Assembly (NCBI RefSeq): GCF_006345805.1
Contig: NW_021835280.1
Span: forward strand, 1 to 41,631
Direction of reading: 5' to 3'
From: Octopus sinensis
Lineage: Eukaryota
DNA length: 41,631 bases
The position numbers and the translations under genes are program-made. The notes beneath the pieces are model-generated. The model was not told where the DNA came from. It did no database searches and saw only the letters and a list, made by a program, of their open reading frames with translations. Positions 22,186 to 33,650 of this stretch are shown in pieces. The first letter of the stretch is position 1. Each line of letters starts with the position of its first letter.

Positions 22186-23779
22186 CAGTGGGCCCAAAAA
22201 GTCATGGTACCACTTAATAATTTTAGTATTTTACGTTTTTACCCATAAAATATGAATTATTTTGACTTTAATTATTTTTTTTGAAAAATTCAAAGATTCT
22301 GATTTAGAAAATAATTTTAAATCTTTAAAATTAGCGATAATTGACAAAGAAAAAACATTTTTTTTAATTTTTAGCGTTATTTAAGGGTCAATAAGTGTTG
22401 GCACGATGCCTTATTAATATTTTGTTGCATGCCCTTTTGCAACAATTACTGCTTCTAATCTTCTTTTGTATGTATTTATTATTTAAAATTCTTTTTTGGA
22501 AATTTTATTCCACTCCTCACGACAGAATGCTTTTAACTCCACTATATTTCTAGGTCTTCGGTTTCCTATCTTTATTTTCAACGTTTTCCATAAATTTTCA
22601 ATTGGGTTTAAGTCAGGAGATTGACTAGGCCATTTCAGAACATTTATTCTATTATTATTAAGCCATTCAGTAGTTATTTTAGCTTTATGTTTGGGATCGT
22701 TGTCGTGTTGAAACGTCCAATGCTTCTTTGCTTTAATTTATTGATGGACGGAACTAAACAATTTTCCAAAATTTCGACGTACATCTTGGCATCAATATTC
22801 CATCTATGAAAAATAGTTCACCCACTCCTTGAGACGAAAAACACGCCCATAACACTAGGCTGCCTCCTCCGTGCTTAACTGTAGGTATGGTACATTTTTT
22901 GTCATATTCTTGATTTTTTTACCTGAGGCCAAAAAGTTCAATTTTGGTTTCATCTGACCATAATATGTTCATTATATATTCTAAATCTTTATTTAAAAAT
23001 TCTGAGCGAATTTAGTCGCGCTGATATATGGACTTTTCTTAGTAGAGGAATATGTCGTGCCCTCCTTTTATGAATTCCTTTTTGCGCAATGTATTAGTTA
23101 TCGTAGATAACTCAACTTTGATTCCCACGGTCTCTAAATCATCTACCAGCTTGCTTCTAATAATTCTGGGATCATTTGCCACACTCCTTTTTTTCATTGA
23201 ATGAGAACGGCTCGATATCTTTTAGGTGCACCAGACCTCGATTTATTGCAAACATTTTTTTGTTCTTTCAACGGACTATTATATTCCTTACTGAACTTTT
23301 CGGAATATTGAATTGTCTGGAAATTTGGTTGTAACTTTTTTTTTCTTGGTGGGACTTGACGATCATCTGTTTTAGCTCAAAAGAATATTCCTTCCGATTT
23401 CCCATAAAGTAGTAGTGCTAAAAACGGCTGTTTTCGTAATATCAATATTAATAATGCGTTATTAAGTAATAACAAAGCTTGTGAAGAAAAACTTAAAAGA
23501 AATAATCTGAAAGAATGACATTCTCTTATCATATGCACTTAAACTAAAACTGTAGATATAAAAGTCCCAACACTTTTTGACCCTTCAATAACGCTAAAAA
23601 TTAAAAAAAGTTGTTTTTTCTTTGTCAATTATTAATATTTTAAGGATTTAAAATTATTTTCTAAATCAGAATCTTGAATTTTTCAAAAAAAATATTAAAA
23701 GTCAAAATCTATTCATATTTGTTGTAAAAACGTAAATACTAAAATTTATTAAGTGGTGCCATGACTTTTTGGCCCACTG
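22186..23779 (-). mobile_element. Full-length, decayed Tc1-family element with long (about 210 bp) TIRs
   Basis: TA|CAGTGGGCC(C)AAAAAGTCATGG at both ends. Pseudo-transposase [33 protein letters not shown] with many stops. Confidence 0.92.
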
Positions 23780-24089
23780 TACCTTCCTGACTTAATTTGT
23801 CCCATTTTTACAAATATTCTGTTCTTCTTAACTAACACATTAACAAAAGCTGCCAAATCTCTGTTAAATGAACTGTTCAACACTTTATGCCAATATTCCA
23901 ATGAATTGGTTGTCATGTGCATTCACTTTAATACCCGATGAAAACAACTCCAAAAACTAATGTCATAAAATGGGCCGGGAGTGACATCACCTGCAATAAA
24001 TTGCTTTCTGAAATAATTCAAAAATTCATTATTTTTTGGCTGTTTTCTTTTCCTGTCGCATCATGAGAAATTTTTTCCAAATTTTTTTC

Positions 24090-24600
24090 AAATTAATTAT
24101 TTAGTATTAAATTAGCAGCAGTGGATAAGATGGAATGACAATTCCCACGCAAGATGGCTATTGATATGCGTTGGAAAAGCCATGTCCGTTCCCGATGATC
24201 ATTTTTCCTTCTGCTTGCCAGGTCCCTCAGTTTAATAAGAAATTTGTTAGTTCTGGGACCGAGGACTCCCGACGTCTACCCTCCGATCGGGGCAAAGATA
24301 TGCCGGGGCGATAATGCACTGTATTTCTTGATTTTTAGCGTTTCTGCCAGGTTAGCTGCAACTGACGTAAAGATGTTTCCGGCGGAGAAAGTGTCCGTGC
24401 AAGCTGCGTCCCAGATGAGCGACTTGCGACTTTACCATCCTCCCGAACCAGGCCGACCGGTTCCAACTGTGATGGGAATCCGGCAGTTTCGAGAGTCCGC
24501 TTGACTATGTCGTTCAGGGCAGCGTGTCGGGGAAAGCGTCCGGTGCTTCTCTGACAGGATAATGGGTGCAATCCAAAGGGGTCAACGGTGTTCTCGGCAT
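24090..24600 (-). mobile_element. CRE-like RLE retroelement 3' fragment
   Basis: [43 protein letters not shown]. Confidence 0.8.
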
Positions 24601-25070
24601 ACGTTTAATCTCAGACGCAATGAGACGCCGGTTTTCAAATTCCAATGAAACATTTTCAATAGGGATGAAAACTTAATGGTAGCATTTCCTCAATAGTTTT
24701 CGTGCCCACGATGAGACATCCTTGTAAACTCCGAGAAGACAAAGACATTGTATTTTCCGTCATATGATTTGACCGAAATGGAAATTACAGCCAAATACAC
24801 TCGATGATAAAAAGACTAATTTTGTGGAGTTAATCAAACCCTTTTTAAAATCAATTAGAATACATGTTGGTGAAATAGCAACAAGTGTCTTAATTTCTTC
24901 GAATAATTTTAAGCTGATAAGGCGTGCAAAGAAGGGACTGAGTCGCCTTTCTTTTTTTGTGGTGTGCAATAAAGTCGATTTATCACCCGCAAGTCGGAGA
25001 ATGATGAATTTGTTCGTCTGGATGATACTCTACTCACCCCTGTGGTTTTCTTGCGTAATTTGGGATTGAC
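24601..25070 (-). mobile_element. MULE/Mutator-like transposase remnant
   Basis: ILIDFKKGLINS..VF..VFGCNFHFGQII*RKIQ, matching the MULE D(F)E..GC.FH..Q..WR motif. Confidence 0.6.
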
Positions 25071-25149
25071 ATTGCAGACTTTCTGATTAAATTATGCTCT
25101 AAACTCTTTGCTTAGTAAAATGTGTGTACCACCACACCAGTAGAACAAC

Positions 25150-25265
25150 TAAGGCATGCAAGAATGCACAAATAAGGGTAACTAATCTAACAAATACCTC
25201 GCCTAAATAGTGAGGTAATGGTCACCCAACCAAAGAAAAACTGCGATCTGTGCCGCTTAACCAAT
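25150..25265 (-). repeat. Outlying copy of the modular repeat found in the PRCP intron
   Basis: Minus TTGGTTAAG..GCAGTTTTTCTTTGGTTGGGTGA (core 25222-25244) followed by an 8-bp stem, just downstream of the PRCP stop and in sense orientation. Confidence 0.75.
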
Positions 25266-25282
25266 GTTAATTAATTAAATTA

Positions 25283-27244
25283 TTAATTAAGCCAACCCTG
25301 TATGATCTCAATCTCACGTCTTCTGGCCAACACAACAGACGGGGGATCGTTATCAGAGGACTCCCTCAAGTCAACGTGGTGGGCCCCCCCTTCGATGACG
25401 ACCACGTGAATTCCCTCATTGTCCTGTCGATAGAAACCCCCTCCACTCCACGGATCCATGTCTCCATTACTGAAGATGATGTTAGTAAATGAAGACAAAT
25501 CACGCACATTCGTCTCCAATGGGATAAACCCCCGTCGTGGAGTCACTCCATACAACTCACTGCACTCCTTATTGACCCTACTACTGTTGTACTCCATTGG
25601 GGGGAACATATTGTCCACACCCTCCCTCGAACACATATAAAGATCCATCTCAGTACAGCTCTGTCATATTATTCACACATGACCACCTGGTACCCCCAGG
25701 GGAGCAAGTCTACTGAGCCATAAGTGTCGGTAAAATCAAAGCAGAGGACTCGAGTGCCCGTGTTGTTGAAGTACAGGTTGAGGGACAGTGCCAGTGCTCG
25801 GACTAACTCCTCTTCGGACATTCCCTTCCCGTTAAAGTATTGGGAAATGGCCTGGCAGTGAGATCGGGGGGTTACGCGGAGTGGGTAGGCAGGGAGGGGG
25901 ACCAAGAGTGTCGAGGGGGATGGGTAGTTCACCATGGATGCGGCAAAAAATAGATTAGTGATATTTTGAATGAGCAGTTCGATATTTCTCTCATTCTGGT
26001 TGCATAAATTTAATTCATTCCACAACCAATCCAAATATTTCGTGTCTAGTAATCATTTATATATAAAATAAACCATTTTTATGGTCATTTAGTATGTTCC
26101 ACAGTGTTTTAATGTTCTCAGGTGAATTGGGTCCTTCTGTTCGGAAATTCTTGGTTATTGTCACAAAGGGGGACCCACAATCTGAGTACCCCTCAAACAT
26201 TAATATTGGCGCAGACGATGCGAGAGCACTAGTCAATTAGTAGTCACCAAACAAGGAAAAACTGAAGCTTAACCAAACTACGTAACCTATCTTAGCTAGC
26301 TAGTTAACACTCACCTAACCAAAGAAAGACTGCCGCTTAGCTAACCAAAACTATAGTGTGATATACACTTAACTAGGCTAAGTGAACCAGAAATGGTCAC
26401 CCAATCAAAGAAAGAATGCAAAATGTGTTACTTAACCAGGATATGTCTCCAACATTAACAAACAGGTTAATGCTCACCTAACCAAAGAATGCCAGTTAAG
26501 CACAGCCAGAGCGTAATTGTGTCACCTGTGCTACGACTATAGACATGTTCACCCAACCAAATAGGTGATTAACTGCGGATACTAACCCGGTGATGTAAGC
26601 AGGGTACTTCATTCTCATCCAAGCCGCCAACATGCCCCCATAGGAGCCCCCAAATACAATAACTTTTGTTTTGGGAGGAAATAAATAGTCAATTAAACTG
26701 ACGTAGTCCAACATGGCTTGTTCAGCAGTCAAATATTCAAATGAAATGTTATTTTGTCCATTCTTGTAGGGAATCGACTCTCCATAATATCTATGTTCTC
26801 CAAACAGGACATAGGCCCCAAATAAGGAGGCAATCTCCCAAATAAAGCCCTGAAATTAATCAGGTTTATGTGAACCGAATTTTCAGCAAATCCTTCGACT
26901 GTCCCCTCGTTGCCCGCATAGAAGAAAACTGGCCCGTCCTTGGTGTAGAATTGGTCAGAATATAAATATTTTATTTCGAATTTGTCGTTGTTGTTGAAAT
27001 TGTAGTGATCAACCTGACATGTAAAAGTATGTGGGCTTACAAATGTCTCAAACCAACCAATTTTGTAATCCTTTTCAGCTTTAAGGGTGTTTTTTGGTTC
27101 TTTCAAAGTTATTTTTATATGTATATCCTCTTCAGGAAGGAGCGAAGAGATGGAAAACACAAATAAGGTCACAGCTAACATCACAAAAACAAAAATTAAG
27201 TCAAATAAATAATATTTATTAAACTTAAAGAATTTTACAAACAT
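25283..27244 (-). CDS. PRCP: Lysosomal Pro-X carboxypeptidase (peptidase S28)
   Basis: N-terminal hydrophobic segment; VDHYNF, GPVFFYAGNEG, LTAEQAMLDY, FGGSYGGMLAAWMRMKYP, GALASSAP, SNGDMDPWSGGG, GGAHHVDLR (Ser-Asp-His triad). Introns of 26-27 nt plus one of 358 nt. Confidence 0.92.
26229..26586 (-). repeat. 358-nt PRCP intron containing 5 degenerate modules (67-86 nt period)
   Basis: Plus-strand core TCACC(C/T)AACCAAAGA.. starts at 26244, 26311, 26397, 26474 and 26549. Removing the intron joins ITG|ALASSAP. Confidence 0.85.
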
Positions 27245-27358
27245 ATTAAATTAATATAACAATTTAATGAATATATTACATTGTCGGTTATGATCTAGAA
27301 CAATACAATATTTAAATATTGTCATAAATTATAATGTCTGGGCCCGTTCTAAGTGTCC

Positions 27359-27385
27359 GAAGTGATAAATCTGATTTATCACTTC
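27359..27385. other. Perfect 13+1+13 palindrome about 115 nt upstream of PRCP
   Basis: GAAGTGATAAATC-T-GATTTATCACTTC, preceded by GGGCCCGTT. Confidence 0.9.
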
Positions 27386-27759
27386 AAATCATCTAAATTA
27401 TTTGTTTAAGATATGAAATTCTTATTGATTTCGATTACTCTTGTTAATTCAATAATTTTTTAAATTATTAAAATTTGAAAAAAGTAACCCAGCTAATTAA
27501 CAAAAACGTGGAAATTAAACTTAGAAATTTGTAACGAACATAAAAATGTAAAATTACTCTATGCGAAAATTTTTTGCTTGCATAAGGTTTGCTTGAAAAT
27601 TTTTAAAGAAAATATTTATTTAAATAGAAAGGCTGTTAGAAGATGGTAAATAAAGACCTTCGGCATTTTTGCCTTTTCAGTCTCTCACACACGCTCGTCT
27701 CTCAGCCACAACCTAAGACTTACTGCCTTACCTGCCATTTTTTTCTCTAGGACCTCAGG

Positions 27760-28050
27760 GAGGCTTTTGAGGGATAATTCCTGGACGTCCGAAAGCTCCA
27801 TCCTAAGCCATGGGGTAGCCGGATGGCTCGTCTTCTGACTTTCTTGAGCGCGTCAACGTACTTCTCCCTATCCTCGCAGTAGTGTCAGGAATGTAGGCCA
27901 TAAGTCAACACGGATAACAACATGGCGTTAAACACGCCCAACCCCGCCCAGTCGCTGCATTGCACCCATTTTGGTACGTGCAATATAATCATCGAACTTA
28001 CCGGACGGCTTGAAGTGCAGGCCCAATGTGGCTCGTATCAGTTCTGGCAT
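27760..28050 (-). mobile_element. Non-LTR RT C-terminal/thumb remnant
   Basis: LGLHFKPSGKFDDYI..A.QRL and VFNAMLLSVLTYG..W..LKKVRRRAIRL; GC-rich. Confidence 0.5.
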
Positions 28051-29332
28051 ATCGCTCGAAAATTTCAATTTTCTGACTTCCAAAAAAACTTCAGGTACAA
28101 GTCTTATGCATTAACCTCTATACATACAATAGGGCTTCTTTTTAGACTGCTTTTAACGACTTTGTCAGTCGATGTTTCAGTAAGGTACAAAAAATCATTG
28201 ATTATTATTATTATTAGAACCAAGATGCCACAATGCAAAACACTACAAAAAATCATTGATAAAATGGCAACAATTAAACTGGCAAGAGTTGTGCTAACTG
28301 AGATACCTAGTCAATCAAAAAAACTATTAATGCTTTTTAAAAAGCGGTTGAGAACAGAAAATGCATAAAACATCTTTGAAACTGTTCTTAGAAGTCCAAC
28401 AATTGCTATATTGTTTAGAATATAAACTTTTTGCCAAAGAGATGTTGTTTGCTCTCGGCCAGCTCTTTTATAACTTCAACCATTGTTTGATGACAAAATT
28501 CCTGCCTCGATCATCTGATTAAACACTGTGAGCTTTGTTTCACAGAGCTCGAGCGCTGAAAAATTATTTCGATTCAAAATGGCTTTGGCAAAAATTTTAT
28601 AGTAATTATGAGGCATGAGCTGCTTTAGTCGTGAAAAGAGAAAAGCGTAGATAAAGATCATCACACTACTTATTGAGAAAAAAATAGGATCATATAAATC
28701 AGGGGAGCATTATGAAAAACATGTCTGAAATTAATCAGCTCTTCTGCAGAGAGGAAAAACAGAACTAAGGTAAATAGGAGTGTTAAAAAGAGGCACATTG
28801 GGTGTATCCAAATCTTCTATTTACCGACCAACTATCCCGATTATGCTGAACTCTCCTTTCTTTCGTAGACAAAACTTTTTAGAAATGAAAAACCCGTGCG
28901 TATTGAGTACTGCAGTGGAAACAAAGAGTGGATTCTAAATAAGGCTGAAGAAAATCCCGGAATAAATTGGGTTGATGTAAAGCTCAAGTTTCAGAGAGCT
29001 CATAAAATTCATTCGAAAAGGACTAAAATTAAAAACTGGTTCATTGTTTGTGGGGAAACCCAAGTTTTTACACGCGAATATCTTGCTGAAAATACTGTGG
29101 AAACAGTTTATGCGGAGTTTTCTGACCCCTGGATTGCCATGCGAAACATTGACTTATTCCGACTTCTTTCATGAAAGATGTATTAAAAGCTGTAAAACCT
29201 GGAGGAAAAGCTCATCTTGTTTCTAACTCAAAAGCGTATATTGCCCAAATGGAAGAGGAAATTTAAAAATATTAGGTTGGAAGCCTCTAATAAGTATGTT
29301 GAACTAATTATGCAAATTCTATCTTAAATTAT

Positions 29333-30130
29333 TTAAGAATTCAGATCGTCAGTGATTTTTCTTCTTTGCTTGGAAGAAGAGTTTGCAACAAAATTCTCAT
29401 CATTTTTCATTTCTGCGTCAAAGTAATTGTTTAGCTGAGTGTCCTCACGACATGCCAGCTCCGCAAGTTGATTGGCGGCAGAGGCGTACTCCTCGTTGTC
29501 TACCTTTATCACATGTCTGTGCTCGATAAGCATACTCTCTAGTGTCCTCTTCAGCAAAACGGACTGGATGTATGTCCTCGTTCCTTCTTCAATGGATAAC
29601 TTGTCCATATGACTTTTTAAGAACTTTGAGACAACTCCATCCCATGTCAAGACAATTGGAATAATCTTCACTTTTGCTTAATAGAGAACCGACAGTTCGT
29701 TTGCAGGGAGGTCGTATTTGTGAAATTTATCCACTTCAACTTGCTTTAAACGGTCTTGCGAGGTAACTCCCACTTCGATTAAATGAATTTCTCTTTTCCT
29801 CTTGTCATAAACGAAAATATCAGGTTTATTGAATTGAACTTTCGTTTCAGTCATAATTGACGTGTCAACTCTGATTTCAACATTTTGGGTTGAGATTATT
29901 GACACAACCGAATGTCCTTTCAATTTCCTGTTTCGTTTATTTCCATACATTCGACACTAGTGGAGATGAATACACTTTACCACTTCGTTGTGTCTTCGGA
30001 AATAATCACTGTTTAGCATCCTACCAAACCGCGTGGCTAGATGATCAACAGTCTGCCTGCTTTTTTTGCAGTGAATCGTCAGATAATGTTATGTTCTTAG
30101 AATGACAAACCATGCTAAGTAAATCAATTT
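29333..30130 (-). mobile_element. RLE-type non-LTR retroelement 3' region (zinc knuckle + PD-(D/E)xK nuclease)
   Basis: TVDHLATR..RRHNEVVKCIH, VEIRVDT, KPDIFVYDKRKREIHLIEVGVTS, KYDL..NEL, KIIPIVLTWDG; frameshifted. Confidence 0.85.
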
Positions 30131-30169
30131 CATAAGTTTTAACTTCAATATATTTTTATTTTGTAAAAA

Positions 30170-30198
30170 TTCGTGGGGACCACGGTTGAGAACCGCTG
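30170..30198 (-). mobile_element. Orphan hAT terminus
   Basis: Reverse complement CAGCGGTTCTCAACCGTGGTCCCC, like the 6480 TIR; no partner found in the window. Confidence 0.5.
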
Positions 30199-31094
30199 TT
30201 GTACAGGCTTATATGCAGTAAAATGTTCTTCAGACGACTCTGGAGAATATCTTGTTTAATGCTCCCCAATCCAGTTCTTTCCTGACATTTAGTCAGCGAG
30301 GGGCACTGAACTGCGCCTTCTCGGAGGTTTACAATGCCAGAAAAGAGGAGGAAGAATGGAAGAAGGTGGGTGGAGTGCCATCCTCTTTTCACTTTGAGGC
30401 CTCTGGATTTACATAGGCAATTAATTTGTTTTATTTTATTAATAATGATGATTGAATCCAGTATTTAATTCTTAAAAAACTATGTATTTAAAGAGAGTTT
30501 CAACTTTAGGACTAAATTTTCATGACTTTATAGTTTCCGAGTCCAACTTCTCTGGAAGACCTCATCAAGCTGAACCTGCGAATGCTCCGCCAAAAACGGC
30601 CTGCCGCCCAGTGCGATCTTGTGTGGGCTCGTGGAAAGATCACCGAGCGAGGATTAGGTCCCTGGTTGAGTGCATCTGGATCACGTGACGTTTGTTCGGT
30701 TTTTAGCGAGGTCTTGGTGATTTAATAAATAAATTTGAACTTATCTAACACTATAGTCAGATAATCAAGATTAGAAAATTTCTCTGATTTTTGATCATCT
30801 ACGTTTCTTAGTAACATCAATTAAGTCGTGTTAAATTCTGTTCATTGCCTGCCTTCTTTAATTCAGTCCACAAATTTCAAAATTTTCAAATCCAACCAAA
30901 TCTAAGATTCTATATTAGATTAACTAAAAACCTAATTATTTGATTTTTAATAGTAAATCAATATATTGAGTGGTTTACATGGAGATAACGACATTAATTA
31001 AACTGTAAAGTGCGATACGCGCAATCACAAATCCCGTGGGTTGATATGATCTAATTAAAATGTTAAGGTGTCGTTTTTAATCTTTTGATTTGAG

Positions 31095-31622
31095 ATGGAG
31101 GAATCCTACACAGATACAGTATACCATCCAAATTCAGATTTCACTACAACAGTCACTACACCCCACAGTGACCAGTCTTTATATATAAATGATCAAATTT
31201 ATCAAATGAACATTTCCCGACTCAATAGTAGTTCTCAACAGCATTCCTTGTCGGGGAATTATGAAGGTATTAGTTCATATTATTAGACATTAATATAGTT
31301 AACAGACCAGAAATGATTCAACCCAGAACTCACAAAATGTATGAGACAGTTCCTTTCCACGACAGCCCTCCTGCTTTTTATGGCAACAATCAGAATGTTT
31401 CTGATGTACATAGAAAACAGCAACTTCGATTAGTCAAAAACAGGTTTTTTTGTGACAGAGATGGACGGATATAGGGAGGCAGCCAGGGAATGTAGACGGA
31501 AGAAAAAGGAGTACGTGCAGTGCCTGGAACAGAGAGTTAAACTTTTGGAGACGCAGAATCGAATGCTTATAGAAGAACTGCGAAATTTGAAAACGGTGAT
31601 TCAAAATAAGGAGAATGAATAA
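31095..31622 (+). CDS. CREB: Short CREB/CREM/ATF1-family bZIP transcription factor
   Basis: RKQQLRLVKNR|EAARECRRKKKEYVQCLEQRVKLLETQN..LIEELRNLK, with an intron in the KNR|EAA segment. First intron is 20 or 32 nt (both keep the frame). Confidence 0.9.
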
Positions 31623-31673
31623 TTTTAATATATTATTTTTTCAATATTTACTTATCTTAATAAAATATTTTTG

Positions 31674-33650
31674 ATGACCTGTGATTTCCAAACTAATCCT
31701 CTTAAATCAGTCCAGGAACTGTTAAACTGGAAATCCACTTCCACCAAATCATTCAGCCAACTTCAATTCTCAAACTGGAAATCAAAAAAGAAGGGAAAAG
31801 TGTTATTCTGTCATGATATGAATGGCGGATATCTCGACGACAAGTTCCAAAAACTATAATTAGACCAGATTTTATTTTGGCGCTGGAAGGAGTGGCTATT
31901 CTTTCTTTAACTGGTATCTGGTGGACGTATTCGTGTACTTCAGTCATCATTTTGTTACAATTCCTCCTCTTTCCTGGAGCAAATGTGCTTATAAGAACGG
32001 TGTCCCTATATTAGGTGATCCCTGAGGGACATTGTGTAGGGACAGTCATCACAGAAGGAGACTGGGGGACTGCCTTTTGTTCCTTCATGTTCTCAGATGA
32101 GGAAATAGTGGAGTCAATTGTTGACCAATTGGTGGCCATTGCAGAGGAGTTTGGCCTAAGTGGATGGCTCATTAACATTGAGAATAACATATTGGTAATC
32201 AAATTGTAACTACTCAGCCTTCCCACATATCACGGATTGTTCAAATGCTTAAATTGCTTAATACACGACTGAGGGCAGTGGTAGAAAATCCAATTGTGGT
32301 GTGGTATGACTCCATTGTGGTTGGAGGACAACTTTTATGGCAGAATGAACTCAATCGCCACAACGAGTCCTGATTTATCAATTTCAATTCCAGAATATTC
32401 ATAAGGGACACTGGAGCTTATATGTTTACTAATTACTGGTGGGAAGAGAAGCACATGACCTCAATGACAAAAAACTATGCGGATTTTGTTGACAGAATAT
32501 TTGTAGGAATTGACGTGTTTGGTCGTGATAGTCGAGTTGGGGGTGCCGGATTTGATATATTTGAGGTTTATTGAGTCTTTTATATATTTGGCTGTAAAAA
32601 TGGTGATCCGAAATGAGCTGAACGTAGCACTCTTCGCCCCGGGCTGGACATGGGAAAATTTTGGGAATGAGAACATTTATTATGACATAGAGGCACTGTA
32701 TGGCACTTTTTATATTCTCAGTTTTTGGGAATCATTGGGAGACTTGGTCGAGCATAGGGAATACAGACTGCCATTTGATACCACTTTCTGTCGGGGAGTG
32801 GGTTCATGTACTTTCTATTTTGGACAAGTGTCATGTGCTAGTAATTTTAGAAAGTAGGGGATACTTGTTGGTACGACATTGGTCTTCAGGAACTGCAGTT
32901 GAATAGTTGTCGAACGATTGCTGGGGATAATTTGAATGTTGTATCTGTCACATATTCCGACAAGGCAGGCTGGTTGGGTGGAGGTTGTTTGAGCTTCCAA
33001 GTTCCCTTTTCCGATGAGCCGATTTGCAAGTACAGTCAGTCAGTTGTTATGTCAGGGACATTCTTTCTATATCCTGCGAGTCCTCTGAGATTAGGATTAT
33101 ACTTCAGTATTGGCACGACGTGACATTCCCTCATGACATACAACTTCAAGTCAAGACGACGACAGGCCAATTTATGAGTGTAGATGTCCATGAGGATGCA
33201 TTAATTGATCGTTTCTGGACTAGAAAGTAGATTTAGTACTTATTAGTAGGATTTTTGTAGCTCGTACATCGGAAGGATATCCTCAATTGGTTTCCATTCT
33301 GTTCAATCCAACGATTGCTGAAAAAGGAGGCATCTCGACGTTTTTGCTGTCGCGTCTTGCAGTAATTGGATATGGTTTAATTAAGTCAGGTATTTAAGAA
33401 TGGCGAATCTCCTCTTTGCTACGATCGGTCTACTCAGGATGTTTCATTCCGCATGGATTTATTGGAAAAGGGTGGTTATCTCCTCGTCTTTCAAGACATA
33501 TGCAATGTGGATTACTATATTATTTGGAAAAAGGAAGGCAATTCTTGGATATTTATTGAGAGAACATATCATCCTTATTATGTGACCAACGAAGAGGGAG
33601 TATTCAGAATTGAAGCAATTTTACTATTTAATAACCTGTCACTTTATTAA
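31674..33650 (+). CDS. ENGASE: Cytosolic endo-beta-N-acetylglucosaminidase (GH85)
   Basis: LFCHDMNGGYLDD, W..VDVFVYFSHH.VTIPP, GVPILGTVITE, GWLINIEN, VVWYDS, WQNELN, VGIDVFGR, ALFAPGWTWE; two 25-nt introns verified in the 5' part. The 3' exon structure is approximate. Confidence 0.9.

Noticed and set aside
26244-26570. CRISPR array (repeat plus unique spacer pattern)
   Set aside because: Repeats are degenerate with indels, spacing is irregular, the array lies in a spliceosomal intron of an animal gene, and there are no cas genes.
28896-29300. Gag-like ORF
   Set aside because: Only a vague W..VKLKF resemblance; no LTRs or pol motifs.
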